64,000 bases of DNA from a virus: positions 1 through 64,000 of IMG/VR virus record IMGVR_UViG_3300011113_000675. One strand, given 5' to 3'. Made by a program: the position numbers and the translations under genes. Of the stretch, positions 48,162-57,802 are shown piece after piece; position 1 is the stretch's first letter; every line of letters begins with the position of its first letter. The notes under the pieces are model-generated. The model saw only the letters and a program-made list of their open reading frames with translations, was not told the origin of the DNA and made no database searches.

Positions 48162-49952
48162 TTATCTCAATTCTCTCAAGTCGAATGTTCTTACTCCATC
48201 AACTGTGATTCTACCATAGAATCTGTTATTAACCATTTTCTTAGCGTATCTAGTCATGATACCTTTGATTGGTGTAAAGTTGAATGGATTGTACATTGTA
48301 GGAGTTAATTGTAGAGGTACATACGGTGCGTAGATGTAACCAGTGTCCAATAGAGAAGTTCCTTTGTGACCCATCAATACTTGGTTTGGTGGGAAGTAAG
48401 GGTCTCTATACACTTGATAACGACCTGCTAATGTACCAACTCTTTCAATACCCATGTTGTACTGATCTTGCTCAGGAGCTGCGTTTGATACGTGGAAGTA
48501 TTCCAAGTCATCAAAAATAGCACTGATTTCAGAAGAAACAACGATCCAGTTAGCTCCACCTCTCAAAGTAGATTTGTGGATTTGTGCTGAAATTTGGTTG
48601 ATTGCTGTGATAAGAGTTTGGTTCCAATCTTTCTGAGTATAAGGAACTGCGTTAGATCCTAATCTCTTCCATCCATTGTAATCCCATCTTAAGTTCCAAG
48701 CCGCTCCTTTTCTAAGGTCTCTCAAGATTTCTCTATCGATTTCAGCCGCAACTTGCTCAGATAACAATGCAGTTAATTCAGCTTCAGCGTCGATGTTGTG
48801 GAATGCCGCAACGTCCTGAGCCATTTCTGGAGACCACTGAGCTCTTAATTTTCTTTCAGTTACAGAAACTGTTACTGACATAAGGTCGAATGAAACTTCA
48901 CCAATCTTATCTTCGAATTCCAAGTTCTTATAGATTCTATAAGTAGCTGTGAATGCGTTTGATGTAGCAGTTGAAGAAGAGAATGATGAACCTGTGTAAC
49001 CATCCAATGAACCACCGCAGCTAATACATACTGGAACTTGTAAATCAACTTCCAAGTAGATTTTACCTTCAGCGTCGCAAAGGTTGTCATACTGACCACC
49101 ATCTGTCTTAGACTGAGGGAATAACAAGGTTGCGTTATTGTTACCATATTCTACGATACCTTTACCATATCTCTGAGTTACAACTCTGAACAAGTAAGGG
49201 TTTGAAGTGTTTGCTGAAGTGTAAACGTTACCAGCAACACCATAAACAGTCAAATCAGATAAGAAAGCTTCGTTATCCATTGGTTGACCATCAGGACCGA
49301 TTAACTTACCAGCTCCATCAGACGCGAAACCTGACATAACGATAAGAACTTTTCTATAGTTATCCAAGGTGTAAGCTGAAGGTACCAAGTTATCCGCCAA
49401 CCAAGCAACAGTTACAACTGGTGCAGTAATTGCTGAGAATTGTCCTTTAGAATAATCGAACAATCCAGGAGGATCCAAAGCTGGTTCGTTACCTTCATAG
49501 AATCTGTCGTAGAGATCCTTGGTGTTATTGTAATCATAGCCACTGTTTGGAGTTTGACCAGCCGCAGCGTTTGGAGAACCATAAGGTGCGTAGTGCTCAG
49601 AAGTACCTGGTTGGTAAGACTGAATGTTAGGTACGAAGTAGAACAATTTACCGATAGGTAAGTTCATAGCTTGTACAGAAACGATATCGTTTGCTAATAA
49701 TTTAGAGAATACTCTTCTAACGATAGGGAAAACAACTGTTTCAAATGCACCTGTATCAGATGTAGATGATGCTTCGTTAATTAAGTGAGAAGCTTGGTTT
49801 TCATAAAGTTGAGCTACGTTTTCTCTCATGTGACCTTTAAGACCCTCAAGGAATCCTAATTTGTCCCATTTGTTGATTGTGTCTTCTTTAATAACTTTAA
49901 GGTGCTTAAGACCGATGTTACCAACAAGACCTGATTCTAATAATGCTCCCAT
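48162..49952 (-). CDS. gp23: major capsid protein, T4 gp23-like
   Basis: PIVRRVF, VSVQAMNLP.G, RKLRAQWSPEMAQD, AEIDREIL, YAPYVPL, GIMTRYA. Confidence 0.95.
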   Translation of the reverse strand: MGALLESGLVGNIGLKHLKVIKEDTINKWDKLGFLEGLKGHMRENVAQLYENQASHLINEASSTSDTGAFETVVFPIVRRVFSKLLANDIVSVQAMNLPIGKLFYFVPNIQSYQPGTSEHYAPYGSPNAAAGQTPNSGYDYNNTKDLYDRFYEGNEPALDPPGLFDYSKGQFSAITAPVVTVAWLADNLVPSAYTLDNYRKVLIVMSGFASDGAGKLIGPDGQPMDNEAFLSDLTVYGVAGNVYTSANTSNPYLFRVVTQRYGKGIVEYGNNNATLLFPQSKTDGGQYDNLCDAEGKIYLEVDLQVPVCISCGGSLDGYTGSSFSSSTATSNAFTATYRIYKNLEFEDKIGEVSFDLMSVTVSVTERKLRAQWSPEMAQDVAAFHNIDAEAELTALLSEQVAAEIDREILRDLRKGAAWNLRWDYNGWKRLGSNAVPYTQKDWNQTLITAINQISAQIHKSTLRGGANWIVVSSEISAIFDDLEYFHVSNAAPEQDQYNMGIERVGTLAGRYQVYRDPYFPPNQVLMGHKGTSLLDTGYIYAPYVPLQLTPTMYNPFNFTPIKGIMTRYAKKMVNNRFYGRITVDGVRTFDLRELR

Positions 49953-49992
49953 TTTTAGTATTTTGTTTTGTTTGTTTAATTTGTTTATTTAA

Positions 49993-51603
49993 TTACCCAA
50001 TTTTACTCATCAAATCTTTCATTCTTAAGAACTGAGGATTCTCATAAGTTTTCGATTCAATTAGGGTAGTTGATGAACCTGTAGAAACACTTTTGTTTAA
50101 TTTAGTTTCTACTGATTCGTTTATTGGTGTACTTTCAGTTTTAGATAATTCGTCTTTGATTGACTTGTAAAGATTTTTAGATTCTTTCAAAGTATCGACA
50201 TTGTCAAATCTTCTAAGAATATTAATTTTTTCTTTTTTAGTAGTCGAATGTTCAGTGAATAATCTAGTCGCATATGCCAAGTTCGAATTGAAGATAGCAA
50301 CTTCATTAAGTTTTTCTCTGAAAATATTTAATGCCTTTCTGTATTCTTCATTTTTCTCTCTTAACATTGCAACTTCTGACTCTGTGGATTCAACTTTTAC
50401 TCCGTTCTTACCGTAAACATAATTTCTGTTATTAGTAATTCCTTTTCTAAGTCCTCTTCCTTCTTTTGAACCCATTCCATAAGTTCTAGCTGCTTCTTTA
50501 GTTTCTTCCTTTTCGAAAGCTTTTCTTTTCAGAGTATCACCTTTTTTGGTAGTAAAATCTTCTTTACCTTTCATAGTCTTCGATTTATCACCTTTATTCA
50601 TTCCGTAATTACCCTCTTTTGTTTCAGCCTTAACAACTTTGGATTTTTGTTCCATATTTTCACCTTTCTTGTATTCGAATTTTGGTTTACCAGTACCTAC
50701 TGATTTTGGTCCTTCTTTTTTCTTCTCATCGAATCCGCCTTTAGCTTTATCTTTGTAAGTAAATTTAGGTCCAGAACCAATTCCAACACCTTTAGGTTTA
50801 ACTGTCGATTTTGCCTCTCTAACAGCTTTTCTATGGTTGTAAGATTCGTCCAATTCTTCATCTTCTTCTTCGTCCATCATGTCTTCTTCGTCCATCATGT
50901 CTTCTTCGTCCATCATGTCTTCTTCATCCATCATGTCTTCTTCGTCCATCATGTCTTCTCCTTCTTCAAGGTCTTCTCCTTCTTCGAGGTCTTCACCTTC
51001 TTCAAGGTCTTCTTCCTCATCAAATTCGATTTCATACATAACTTCTTCATCTTCAACGTCGAAATCCTCAACGTCACCGTCTTTTGAGAAAATTGCATTG
51101 ATTACATCTTCTGTATCAACATCCATTTCATCCATTTCATCTACGTGCATAGTTTCATCTAATTCTTCTTCCTCTTCTGACTCACCTAGCTTAACTAAGT
51201 ATTCTGAATCGGTATCAGCATCGGTTAAATGAATGTCTTCACCGTCTTTTTTAACGATGATACCATCTTCTTCACCCATAGCCTTAAAGACTCTTAGAAT
51301 TTCTTCGTCTGAAGCGTCAGTCAAATCTATTGGACTTTCTTCTGAATCCATATCCATGTCCATATCAAATTCCATGTCCATTTCCATATCATCATCATTA
51401 TCAACAGGCATATCGGTATCGATATCTGTATCTAATTCAATCTCATCTTCCATATCTTGCTCTGACAGAGATTCTTTTACTAATTGGTTGATTTCTTCCT
51501 TCATAGTTGAAGCAAGTATTCCTTTTGCATTCTGGGCGATTGCTTCTTCAACATTTTTCATTTGAATTAACGCCTCTTGTACTAAGTTTTTATTTTCTTG
51601 CAT
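49993..51603 (-). CDS. prohead core/scaffold protein (gp22-like position and composition)
   Basis: Acidic, coiled-coil C-terminus, between protease and MCP. Confidence 0.75.
   Translation of the reverse strand: MQENKNLVQEALIQMKNVEEAIAQNAKGILASTMKEEINQLVKESLSEQDMEDEIELDTDIDTDMPVDNDDDMEMDMEFDMDMDMDSEESPIDLTDASDEEILRVFKAMGEEDGIIVKKDGEDIHLTDADTDSEYLVKLGESEEEEELDETMHVDEMDEMDVDTEDVINAIFSKDGDVEDFDVEDEEVMYEIEFDEEEDLEEGEDLEEGEDLEEGEDMMDEEDMMDEEDMMDEEDMMDEEDMMDEEEDEELDESYNHRKAVREAKSTVKPKGVGIGSGPKFTYKDKAKGGFDEKKKEGPKSVGTGKPKFEYKKGENMEQKSKVVKAETKEGNYGMNKGDKSKTMKGKEDFTTKKGDTLKRKAFEKEETKEAARTYGMGSKEGRGLRKGITNNRNYVYGKNGVKVESTESEVAMLREKNEEYRKALNIFREKLNEVAIFNSNLAYATRLFTEHSTTKKEKINILRRFDNVDTLKESKNLYKSIKDELSKTESTPINESVETKLNKSVSTGSSTTLIESKTYENPQFLRMKDLMSKIG
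50863..51006 (-). repeat. eight 18-nt coding tandem units: 3x LEEGED then 5x MMDEE(D/E)
   Basis: gtcttcttcgtccatcat-type and gtcttctccttcttcaag-type units. Confidence 0.9.
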
Positions 51604-51627
51604 AGAAAAAAATTGTTTATTTTAACA

Positions 51628-51635
51628 TATAAATA
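51628..51635 (-). promoter_or_regulatory. late-type promoter motif TATTTATA
   Basis: 24 nt upstream of ATG 51603, downstream of a terminator. Confidence 0.65.
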
Positions 51636-51677
51636 GTACCAAAACTAAAAAAATTCATTTTACGACATCCTGAAAAT

Positions 51678-51702
51678 AAAAAAAGTGGTCGATTGACCAC
51701 TT
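51678..51702 (-). terminator. Rho-independent terminator
   Basis: AAGTGGTC-AATC-GACCACTT followed by T-run. Confidence 0.78.
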
Positions 51703-51726
51703 CGTTTGTTTCAGTTTGATTATTTA

Positions 51727-51936
51727 TTACTCGATTACTTCGTCGATTTTACTTTCAGATACTGCGGTGATTCTCCAATCATGAGTAAATCCTTCGTATT
51801 TTTTCGTCACCTTAGCTTCAACATCTGTTACAGAATAACCTTTCACAAGTTTTTCTTCTCTAACTTTTTTAATCTTACCCGTGTTTTCATCTGGGAAATC
51901 ATACTGAATTTTTGCTACAAAATATTTTTCGTCCAT
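51727..51936 (-). CDS. small protein, DUF4494-like
   Basis: ENTGKIKKVREEKLVKGYSVTDVEAKV...I.AVSESKI.EV. Confidence 0.6.
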   Translation of the reverse strand: MDEKYFVAKIQYDFPDENTGKIKKVREEKLVKGYSVTDVEAKVTKKYEGFTHDWRITAVSESKIDEVIE

Positions 51937-51940
51937 AATT

Positions 51941-52657
51941 TTATTTTCCTAAAAAATCGTCTAATTTTCTCATTAAGTCAACCGACTTTTCAACATAGTC
52001 ATTATTTTGTTTAGATTTTCTTTCTTCTTCTAAATTTTCTTCATACTTACTTCTTTCGTCAGGATTAGAAAATAAGTAAGCCCCTGGTGTTGATGGTGAT
52101 GAAACCAAATCGAAACATATTAATTCGAAGTCATCTTGTACCTCATTTCTTTCTCCTACTTTTTTCAATGACCCAACTCCTCTTGATGAAATACCTAATG
52201 TCACTCCTTGTCTCATTAAGTTAGCCGCTTGGTCTCCCTTAGTCGAAACTATACCTCTTTCGTGAAACCCTGGAGATGTCAATAATTTGAGTTTTCCCAT
52301 GAGTATATTTTTATCCCACCATATATCTGTAATGATGTGAGATACTCTATCTAAGTCTATCAATGATGATTCAGGGTGGTTTAATTCTGATGTGGACAAA
52401 CCCTTAGAAATTGCTTGCTTATATCTATCCGCCTCTCTTTTCAAAATTCTTTCAGGATACGTTCTACCATTTCTATTTGGTGTGTCGTATTTCTGAAGAA
52501 CAGCATAAAACTCAAATGGATTTCTATAATCTAAATTTGATGCTTCTTTTAAGACATCCATATTATGAGTGTCCTTTGGAGAAACCCAACCTGCGTCCAT
52601 TTCAATCAATATACCATGACCAATTTCGCTCGCTTCTAAAATTCTTAAATTTTTCAT
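51941..52657 (-). CDS. gp21: prohead protease, T4 gp21-like
   Basis: NRNGRTY, ELNHP (His), GISSRGVGS (Ser), FDLVSSPS. Confidence 0.92.
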   Translation of the reverse strand: MKNLRILEASEIGHGILIEMDAGWVSPKDTHNMDVLKEASNLDYRNPFEFYAVLQKYDTPNRNGRTYPERILKREADRYKQAISKGLSTSELNHPESSLIDLDRVSHIITDIWWDKNILMGKLKLLTSPGFHERGIVSTKGDQAANLMRQGVTLGISSRGVGSLKKVGERNEVQDDFELICFDLVSSPSTPGAYLFSNPDERSKYEENLEEERKSKQNNDYVEKSVDLMRKLDDFLGK

Positions 52658-52669
52658 CTAATCTTTTAA

Positions 52670-52677
52670 GATAAATA
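52670..52677 (-). promoter_or_regulatory. late-type promoter motif TATTTATC
   Basis: 12 nt upstream of ATG 52657. Confidence 0.55.
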
Positions 52678-52702
52678 TACGGATTTGGATTGTTTGTTAA
52701 TT

Positions 52703-53134
52703 TTAGTCTTTTTTTGAAATTGAAAACTCGAAGTATTTGTTTTGAACAACGTTATTTTTGTAGATAGATTTCACTATAGTTTTTACAGATTCTTTGATTT
52801 CATCACATTTAAAATCCATATCCTTGAGTGTATATAGATTGATTTCCAAATTGAAAAAAGATTTTTTACCTTTCGATATTCCACTTGTCCTTAGGTCCAA
52901 ATCGACAATATTTTTTTCTTGAAAAATCTTGGAATTTATTGATTCGTATACAGAATTTTTTATTTCTCTCCCCAAACCCGAGACAACTCGGTTCCAATTA
53001 TCGAGATCTTCTTTTGGAGTAACCCATGATTGAATGTTTATGTAAACTGACTTTAAGTTTTTAGAATCTACTGTCCCATACTGTGATTTTATGGGATTGA
53101 ACAGGTTAAGTTTGACACTTTTTCCTTTTTTCAT
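52703..53134 (-). CDS. hypothetical protein
   Basis: ORF divergent from bS21. Confidence 0.7.
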   Translation of the reverse strand: MKKGKSVKLNLFNPIKSQYGTVDSKNLKSVYINIQSWVTPKEDLDNWNRVVSGLGREIKNSVYESINSKIFQEKNIVDLDLRTSGISKGKKSFFNLEINLYTLKDMDFKCDEIKESVKTIVKSIYKNNVVQNKYFEFSISKKD

Positions 53135-53166
53135 TAATAATGATATTATGTATGTTTATTAATGAA

Positions 53167-53195
53167 ATAATATACATAATATGTATGATTGTCAA
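53167..53195 (-). promoter_or_regulatory. sigma70-like promoter TTGACA-N17-TATTAT
   Basis: TTGACA at 53195-53190, TATTAT at 53172-53167, upstream of ATG 53134. Confidence 0.5.
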
Positions 53196-53203
53196 AATTT
53201 TTT

Positions 53204-53223
53204 TATATTTGTAGATATTTCTA
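53204..53223 (+). promoter_or_regulatory. tandem host-type -7 element (TATATTTG) and one-mismatch late motif (TATTTCTA) before bS21
   Basis: 53204-53211 and 53216-53223; ATG at 53228. Confidence 0.45.
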
Positions 53224-53227
53224 AGAT

Positions 53228-53419
53228 ATGATAATAATAAAAATAAATCAGGGTAACCCTCTTGAGAAGGCTCTCAAAACCCTGAAGTCAAAAGTAATCA
53301 AAACGAAACAGAATCAAATTTTATTTGATAGGAAACAATATACAAAAAAATCTGTACTTAGACGAGCACAGATTTTGAAGGCAAAACATATTCAAAGTTT
53401 GAAAGACCAATCAAATTGA
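53228..53419 (+). CDS. rpsU: ribosomal protein bS21
   Basis: 63 aa basic; LEKALK..K.K...RKQYTKKSVLRR pattern of Bacteroidota-type bS21. Confidence 0.85.
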   Translation: MIIIKINQGNPLEKALKTLKSKVIKTKQNQILFDRKQYTKKSVLRRAQILKAKHIQSLKDQSN

Positions 53420-54109
53420 TTCTTCCAAATTTTTCAACTTTAAAAAGTTTAGTTGGTCGAATTTTTCAGATTTAACTCTGTCAATTGTTTCTGAAATTTT
53501 TGTTTTAATATCTTGTGAATCTTCATTGTTTTGGAGATTCATTAATTTCGATATTGTGCTTTCTCTCAATGTTTCAAATTTTGTCTCCAAAGTTTTCGTA
53601 TCTTCTGAAACTATTTGAAAAAATTCTTTTTTGGAGTTTTCATCCAAGCTGAGAATATAGTTGTTCACTGTTTGGTTTGCAACTGCAACCATAGAACTAA
53701 TTGGGATATTAATACTTTCTTTAATAGATTCTTTTGTAGACGTAATAACCTTCAAAATATTTTTCTTCGCATTAACTCTTTCAAGTAAATCCACTCCTTG
53801 AGTGTAAACTAATGTATCAATATCGGAATAATTGTTTTCAGTGTTTTCGGAAAGTGTGATTGGAAGTTTGATACTTGGCAGAACTTTATTCAATAGATTA
53901 ATCCCTTCTTCAATAAAATATTTTGCATCCTGTTCACTTAACCCTTGGGGTGAACTCAGTTGGTCGTATATTGCATATGCTTTAGACATAGCTTTATTAC
54001 TCAAAACGTTGTGTTTGAATTCTCGCAAAGTCTTCTTAAATTCTACTTCATTTTTGTAGGATTCCAAGAGATTTTTTTCAATTAGGGATTTTATTATTCC
54101 GAAGGTCAT
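53411..54109 (-). CDS. hypothetical helical protein of the head module
   Basis: Directly downstream of portal, late-type motif upstream. Confidence 0.7.
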   Translation of the reverse strand: MTFGIIKSLIEKNLLESYKNEVEFKKTLREFKHNVLSNKAMSKAYAIYDQLSSPQGLSEQDAKYFIEEGINLLNKVLPSIKLPITLSENTENNYSDIDTLVYTQGVDLLERVNAKKNILKVITSTKESIKESINIPISSMVAVANQTVNNYILSLDENSKKEFFQIVSEDTKTLETKFETLRESTISKLMNLQNNEDSQDIKTKISETIDRVKSEKFDQLNFLKLKNLEESI

Positions 54110-54122
54110 GGTGTCTTTTTCA

Positions 54123-54130
54123 AATAAATA
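54123..54130 (-). promoter_or_regulatory. late-type promoter motif TATTTATT
   Basis: 13 nt upstream of ATG 54109. Confidence 0.55.
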
Positions 54131-55984
54131 TTATGAATTTAATAACTTATCTAAGTGTTTTGAAATTTCTCCCAAAGAATCTTGTGCCTGACCTAAATTT
54201 ATCACTTGTGATCCTTCGATTAAATTATTTTCCACTAAAATATTAAGGTCTCTTTTTCTTGATTCAGGAGTTACTTCAGCGGGTGGTGCCTCTTCGGCTC
54301 CCCCTACTGCTGGCGGAGTTTCAGTTTCTCCTCCAGGAATTTCTCCTCCTCCTCCGAATGATGGTGGAGGTCCTAATTCCTCTCCTCCATCTGTAGTTGT
54401 TTGAGCTCCTGCAGTCGGAGTTGCTCCTGTTGCGCTACCATACAATTTGTCGATATTATCAAACAAACCTGTTTTGGTTATCACAGTAGGAGTTGCTTTA
54501 AGTTCCTCTCCAACCGCTCTTTCAATTCTTTGTTGTTGTAAGTCTAAACGTACTTCATCATCAGACCATCCAAATATATGTTTCTTCGCCCATGTAGATG
54601 AAGTTGCTTGTATTCCATTTCCTGGATCAGAAACCAAATCTTTGTACAATAATACTTTTTCTTTCCATACATCAATCTTCAACAAATCTGCTTGAGTTGA
54701 TGGATTAGTTAATCCTAGTGTAAAATTGGATAATTCATCTTCGAATCCTAATAAAAATAAATGTACAATAGCAATTTTATTTAGTTCCGCTAACATACTT
54801 TTTTGGATTCTATTAATTGTACGAGCAAATCTAATATCTTGTAATGCCAAGTTTTTACCGTCACCAACAACTTCTTCAAATCCCAAGAATGCTTTTGGTA
54901 CTCGTAATGCGGTTAATAGTTTCTTTTGAATATATTCAATATCGGCAATTTCAGACAGATTTGTTGCTCCAGGTAATGTATCAATTGGCGTTGGCGCCGC
55001 AGGATCTCGGACAGGGATGAAATAATCTTGGTCAACTGCCATTTGGTTGAATCTCATATCAACATTACCTGTCTTACTATCCACGACTTGTTCTCTTTTG
55101 AATTTGTTGGCAACTCGTTGTACGTATGCTTCAACATCGTCATCATTCATATTTCCAACAAACACTTTGAAAATTCTCCTTTCAGGAGCTCGAGATGTTC
55201 GGTAAATCAACATCGCATCTTCACAAAGTAATAATTGTTTCCAAATACGTCTAGCCTTTTCTAACATAGACGTTCCATAAGGAAGTTTTCTATCATCACC
55301 CAATAACCTGAAGTGAGCAATTTCCCATGATTGGAATTCCATATTCTTATTCTTCCAAGTAAAGTGTAATGCTTTCTTATCCTTATCGACTTCATTTTTT
55401 ACATCGACAGATATTTTTCCACTTGCCCCAACTTCATGTCTTTCGATTTCTATAGTTGGTAATTGTTGACATCCGACAATACCTTTCTCAGGGTCTAATT
55501 TAAGATACACGAAATTGTCCCCATATTTACAGGTATTCCGTGTCCACATTGGAAGGTTGGTATTAACATCTAAAGCATTGTTAAACAAATCAGCTAATAC
55601 CCCTTTTATTCTTTTTGATTCAGAATAAATTTGTAAAATGAATCCATCCTCGTTGGTTGTTGTCGATTCTTCGGCATAAATGTCCAAAGCCGCAGAAATT
55701 TCAGGTGTATACTCCATTGACTCATAGTCATACTGTGCCGACAATCTTGTCGGTTCATAGTATATCGCTTGAGAATATAGATTGTTTTCTACCTTAGCCC
55801 ATTGGTTCGTAAGATAGTATGTTTGTTGTGCTTGGAGTTTTTCTTTTTCGTATTCTTCTCTACTTTTGGTTCGCAGAAGTTCCTTTTTATCAAACTTAAA
55901 TGTCGGATAGTCTTGATTGAGAAGTGAATTAGGTCCAAATGTTTGTGACAATCTTTGCCAAACTGTCATATTTTGTTCTGCCAT
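54131..55984 (-). CDS. gp20: portal protein, T4 gp20-like
   Basis: EDAMLIYRTSRAPERRIFKV.VGN, DYFIP.R, IDTLPG, ALRVP, DIRFAR. Confidence 0.94.
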   Translation of the reverse strand: MAEQNMTVWQRLSQTFGPNSLLNQDYPTFKFDKKELLRTKSREEYEKEKLQAQQTYYLTNQWAKVENNLYSQAIYYEPTRLSAQYDYESMEYTPEISAALDIYAEESTTTNEDGFILQIYSESKRIKGVLADLFNNALDVNTNLPMWTRNTCKYGDNFVYLKLDPEKGIVGCQQLPTIEIERHEVGASGKISVDVKNEVDKDKKALHFTWKNKNMEFQSWEIAHFRLLGDDRKLPYGTSMLEKARRIWKQLLLCEDAMLIYRTSRAPERRIFKVFVGNMNDDDVEAYVQRVANKFKREQVVDSKTGNVDMRFNQMAVDQDYFIPVRDPAAPTPIDTLPGATNLSEIADIEYIQKKLLTALRVPKAFLGFEEVVGDGKNLALQDIRFARTINRIQKSMLAELNKIAIVHLFLLGFEDELSNFTLGLTNPSTQADLLKIDVWKEKVLLYKDLVSDPGNGIQATSSTWAKKHIFGWSDDEVRLDLQQQRIERAVGEELKATPTVITKTGLFDNIDKLYGSATGATPTAGAQTTTDGGEELGPPPSFGGGGEIPGGETETPPAVGGAEEAPPAEVTPESRKRDLNILVENNLIEGSQVINLGQAQDSLGEISKHLDKLLNS

Positions 55985-56011
55985 ACGTAATTTTACTATT
56001 TACCCTGATAA

Positions 56012-56019
56012 TATAAATA
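56012..56019 (-). promoter_or_regulatory. late-type promoter motif TATTTATA
   Basis: 27 nt upstream of ATG 55984. Confidence 0.6.
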
Positions 56020-56020
56020 G

Positions 56021-57781
56021 TTATTTAGCACCAAATAACCAACCATATTTTTGATAATCTGCTTTACTAGCACCATTATTATTAAGGTGGGGATCTCTTC
56101 CCATCTGAGGTATCATGGGATTGAAAAAATCTGAAGTATTTTTATTTTCGTTGACGACTGACGCCCACGAGTTCAACATTGCTTTTGTATGGTTGACTAC
56201 TTTTGTTAATGATTGAAATGATTTTTCGGCAACATACAAAGCCATCGAAAGTCCCATTATACAATCATCGTGTTGCCCTTTTTGATGGTCAGGTCTTCCG
56301 TTGATGTAAATGAAAGTATTCATTTCATTATATGTCCTATGAGAATAAATTTTAAATCCATGCCTAACAGCTTCTTCAAATGCTGCGATAATTTGAACTC
56401 TTTTTGTGTTAAAGTTAATTCCTGGTATTCTATCATTTATTTTTGGGTCCCACTTCCATTTATTAGATGTGTCTACCCCATCAACATAAAGTCCTGGTTG
56501 ATATTGTAATTCTTGCATTTTTCTTGCAGTAGAAACCCCCATACCACCGGTAATGTCTATAACACAAAACGCATTATACATCGTACCCCATTTGTAAGCA
56601 ATCTCAGCTAATACATCTGGGGGAACTTTTCCAACATATTCTAATACTTGTTCTCGTTCATCAAAATCAATAATTTGTATTGATGAAAAGTCTTCTGAGT
56701 CTCCACGAGAAACGTCAACACCCATCACATACTTGTGGTCATTCACGGGTTCTTTGAAAATCCATAAGGCATTTCCCATAAGTTTGGCTTGTGGAGGTTG
56801 TAATTGATTTTTAGCAATATTTTGCATCAACTCAGAATCAAATACGTTATCACCTGAACCCAAGAAGTTACATTCCAATTCTTGAGCTACTTTTCTTCTA
56901 TCATACTTAAGTTTCTTGACCATCCCCTCAAACCATGATGAACAAGGTTTGTAGCCCTTTTCAATATAATCTGTAACGATACTGTGGTCTCTTTCATATG
57001 GACTATCAGTACTCATATCAATGACCGTGTCTATTGGGTAATCTTCTCTATTGAGTAAGTAATGAACCAAATCATTTGTTTTGACCATATACAAATCTCT
57101 TGTATATCTTGGATCTCTATACCAAAACATTTCAGAAATTTTGAAATCATTCATCCCTCTCAATGATTGGTCATAAATTTCGTAATATATTGGGTCATAT
57201 CCATTTGGTGTTGAAACCACAATAACTTTACCACCCGTGGATAGTGAAGCCATACAAGCGGACCAAAAATCCCCATCGGCCTCGATAAAAGCGGCTTCAT
57301 CAAAAATAAGAATAGTAGGGGTATAACCTCTCAAGGCATCTTTTGATGTTGCAACAGATTTTACTTCACATCCGTTGTTGAGTTTGAAATGTCTTTGTGA
57401 ATTTTTTTCTACTGAGAATGCGATTCCGACCCAAGCTGGCCATTGTTCAATAAACCCTCTAATCTTATTTGCCATTTCGACAGATGTATCCAACTTATTG
57501 GCAATTATTAGAATTTTTTCAGGTTTCTCTTTTCTCGCAAAGGCTAATTTTTTTGAAGCCCAAGCTGCAGTTACGGTTGATACACCTGCCTGTCGGTACT
57601 TGAGGGCAATATTTTCGTTGTATTTTTCGTAATCTTCCAGTAAAGCAACTTGGTCAGGAAAAAGTTCTAATGGAACATACTTTGATACCGTATTATCGTA
57701 TGTCTGTAAATAAGTACGAAGTGCATAAGGGGTATTCCTCATACACTTCGTATATTCTATTATTAATTGTTCTTTATTCAC
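56021..57781 (-). CDS. gp17: terminase large subunit, T4 gp17-like
   Basis: KYRQAGVST, IFDEAAF, STPNG, QELECNF.GS, GVDVSRG...D.S, HDDCIM. Confidence 0.94.
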   Translation of the reverse strand: MNKEQLIIEYTKCMRNTPYALRTYLQTYDNTVSKYVPLELFPDQVALLEDYEKYNENIALKYRQAGVSTVTAAWASKKLAFARKEKPEKILIIANKLDTSVEMANKIRGFIEQWPAWVGIAFSVEKNSQRHFKLNNGCEVKSVATSKDALRGYTPTILIFDEAAFIEADGDFWSACMASLSTGGKVIVVSTPNGYDPIYYEIYDQSLRGMNDFKISEMFWYRDPRYTRDLYMVKTNDLVHYLLNREDYPIDTVIDMSTDSPYERDHSIVTDYIEKGYKPCSSWFEGMVKKLKYDRRKVAQELECNFLGSGDNVFDSELMQNIAKNQLQPPQAKLMGNALWIFKEPVNDHKYVMGVDVSRGDSEDFSSIQIIDFDEREQVLEYVGKVPPDVLAEIAYKWGTMYNAFCVIDITGGMGVSTARKMQELQYQPGLYVDGVDTSNKWKWDPKINDRIPGINFNTKRVQIIAAFEEAVRHGFKIYSHRTYNEMNTFIYINGRPDHQKGQHDDCIMGLSMALYVAEKSFQSLTKVVNHTKAMLNSWASVVNENKNTSDFFNPMIPQMGRDPHLNNNGASKADYQKYGWLFGAK

Positions 57782-57802
57782 ACAGTTAAATCATATTCTG
57801 AT

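Noticed and set aside
57575-57605. Inactive terminase because Walker A reads RQAGVST
   Set aside because: Terminases commonly have deviant Walker A motifs with an upstream Lys (LKYRQ); Walker B and nuclease residues are intact
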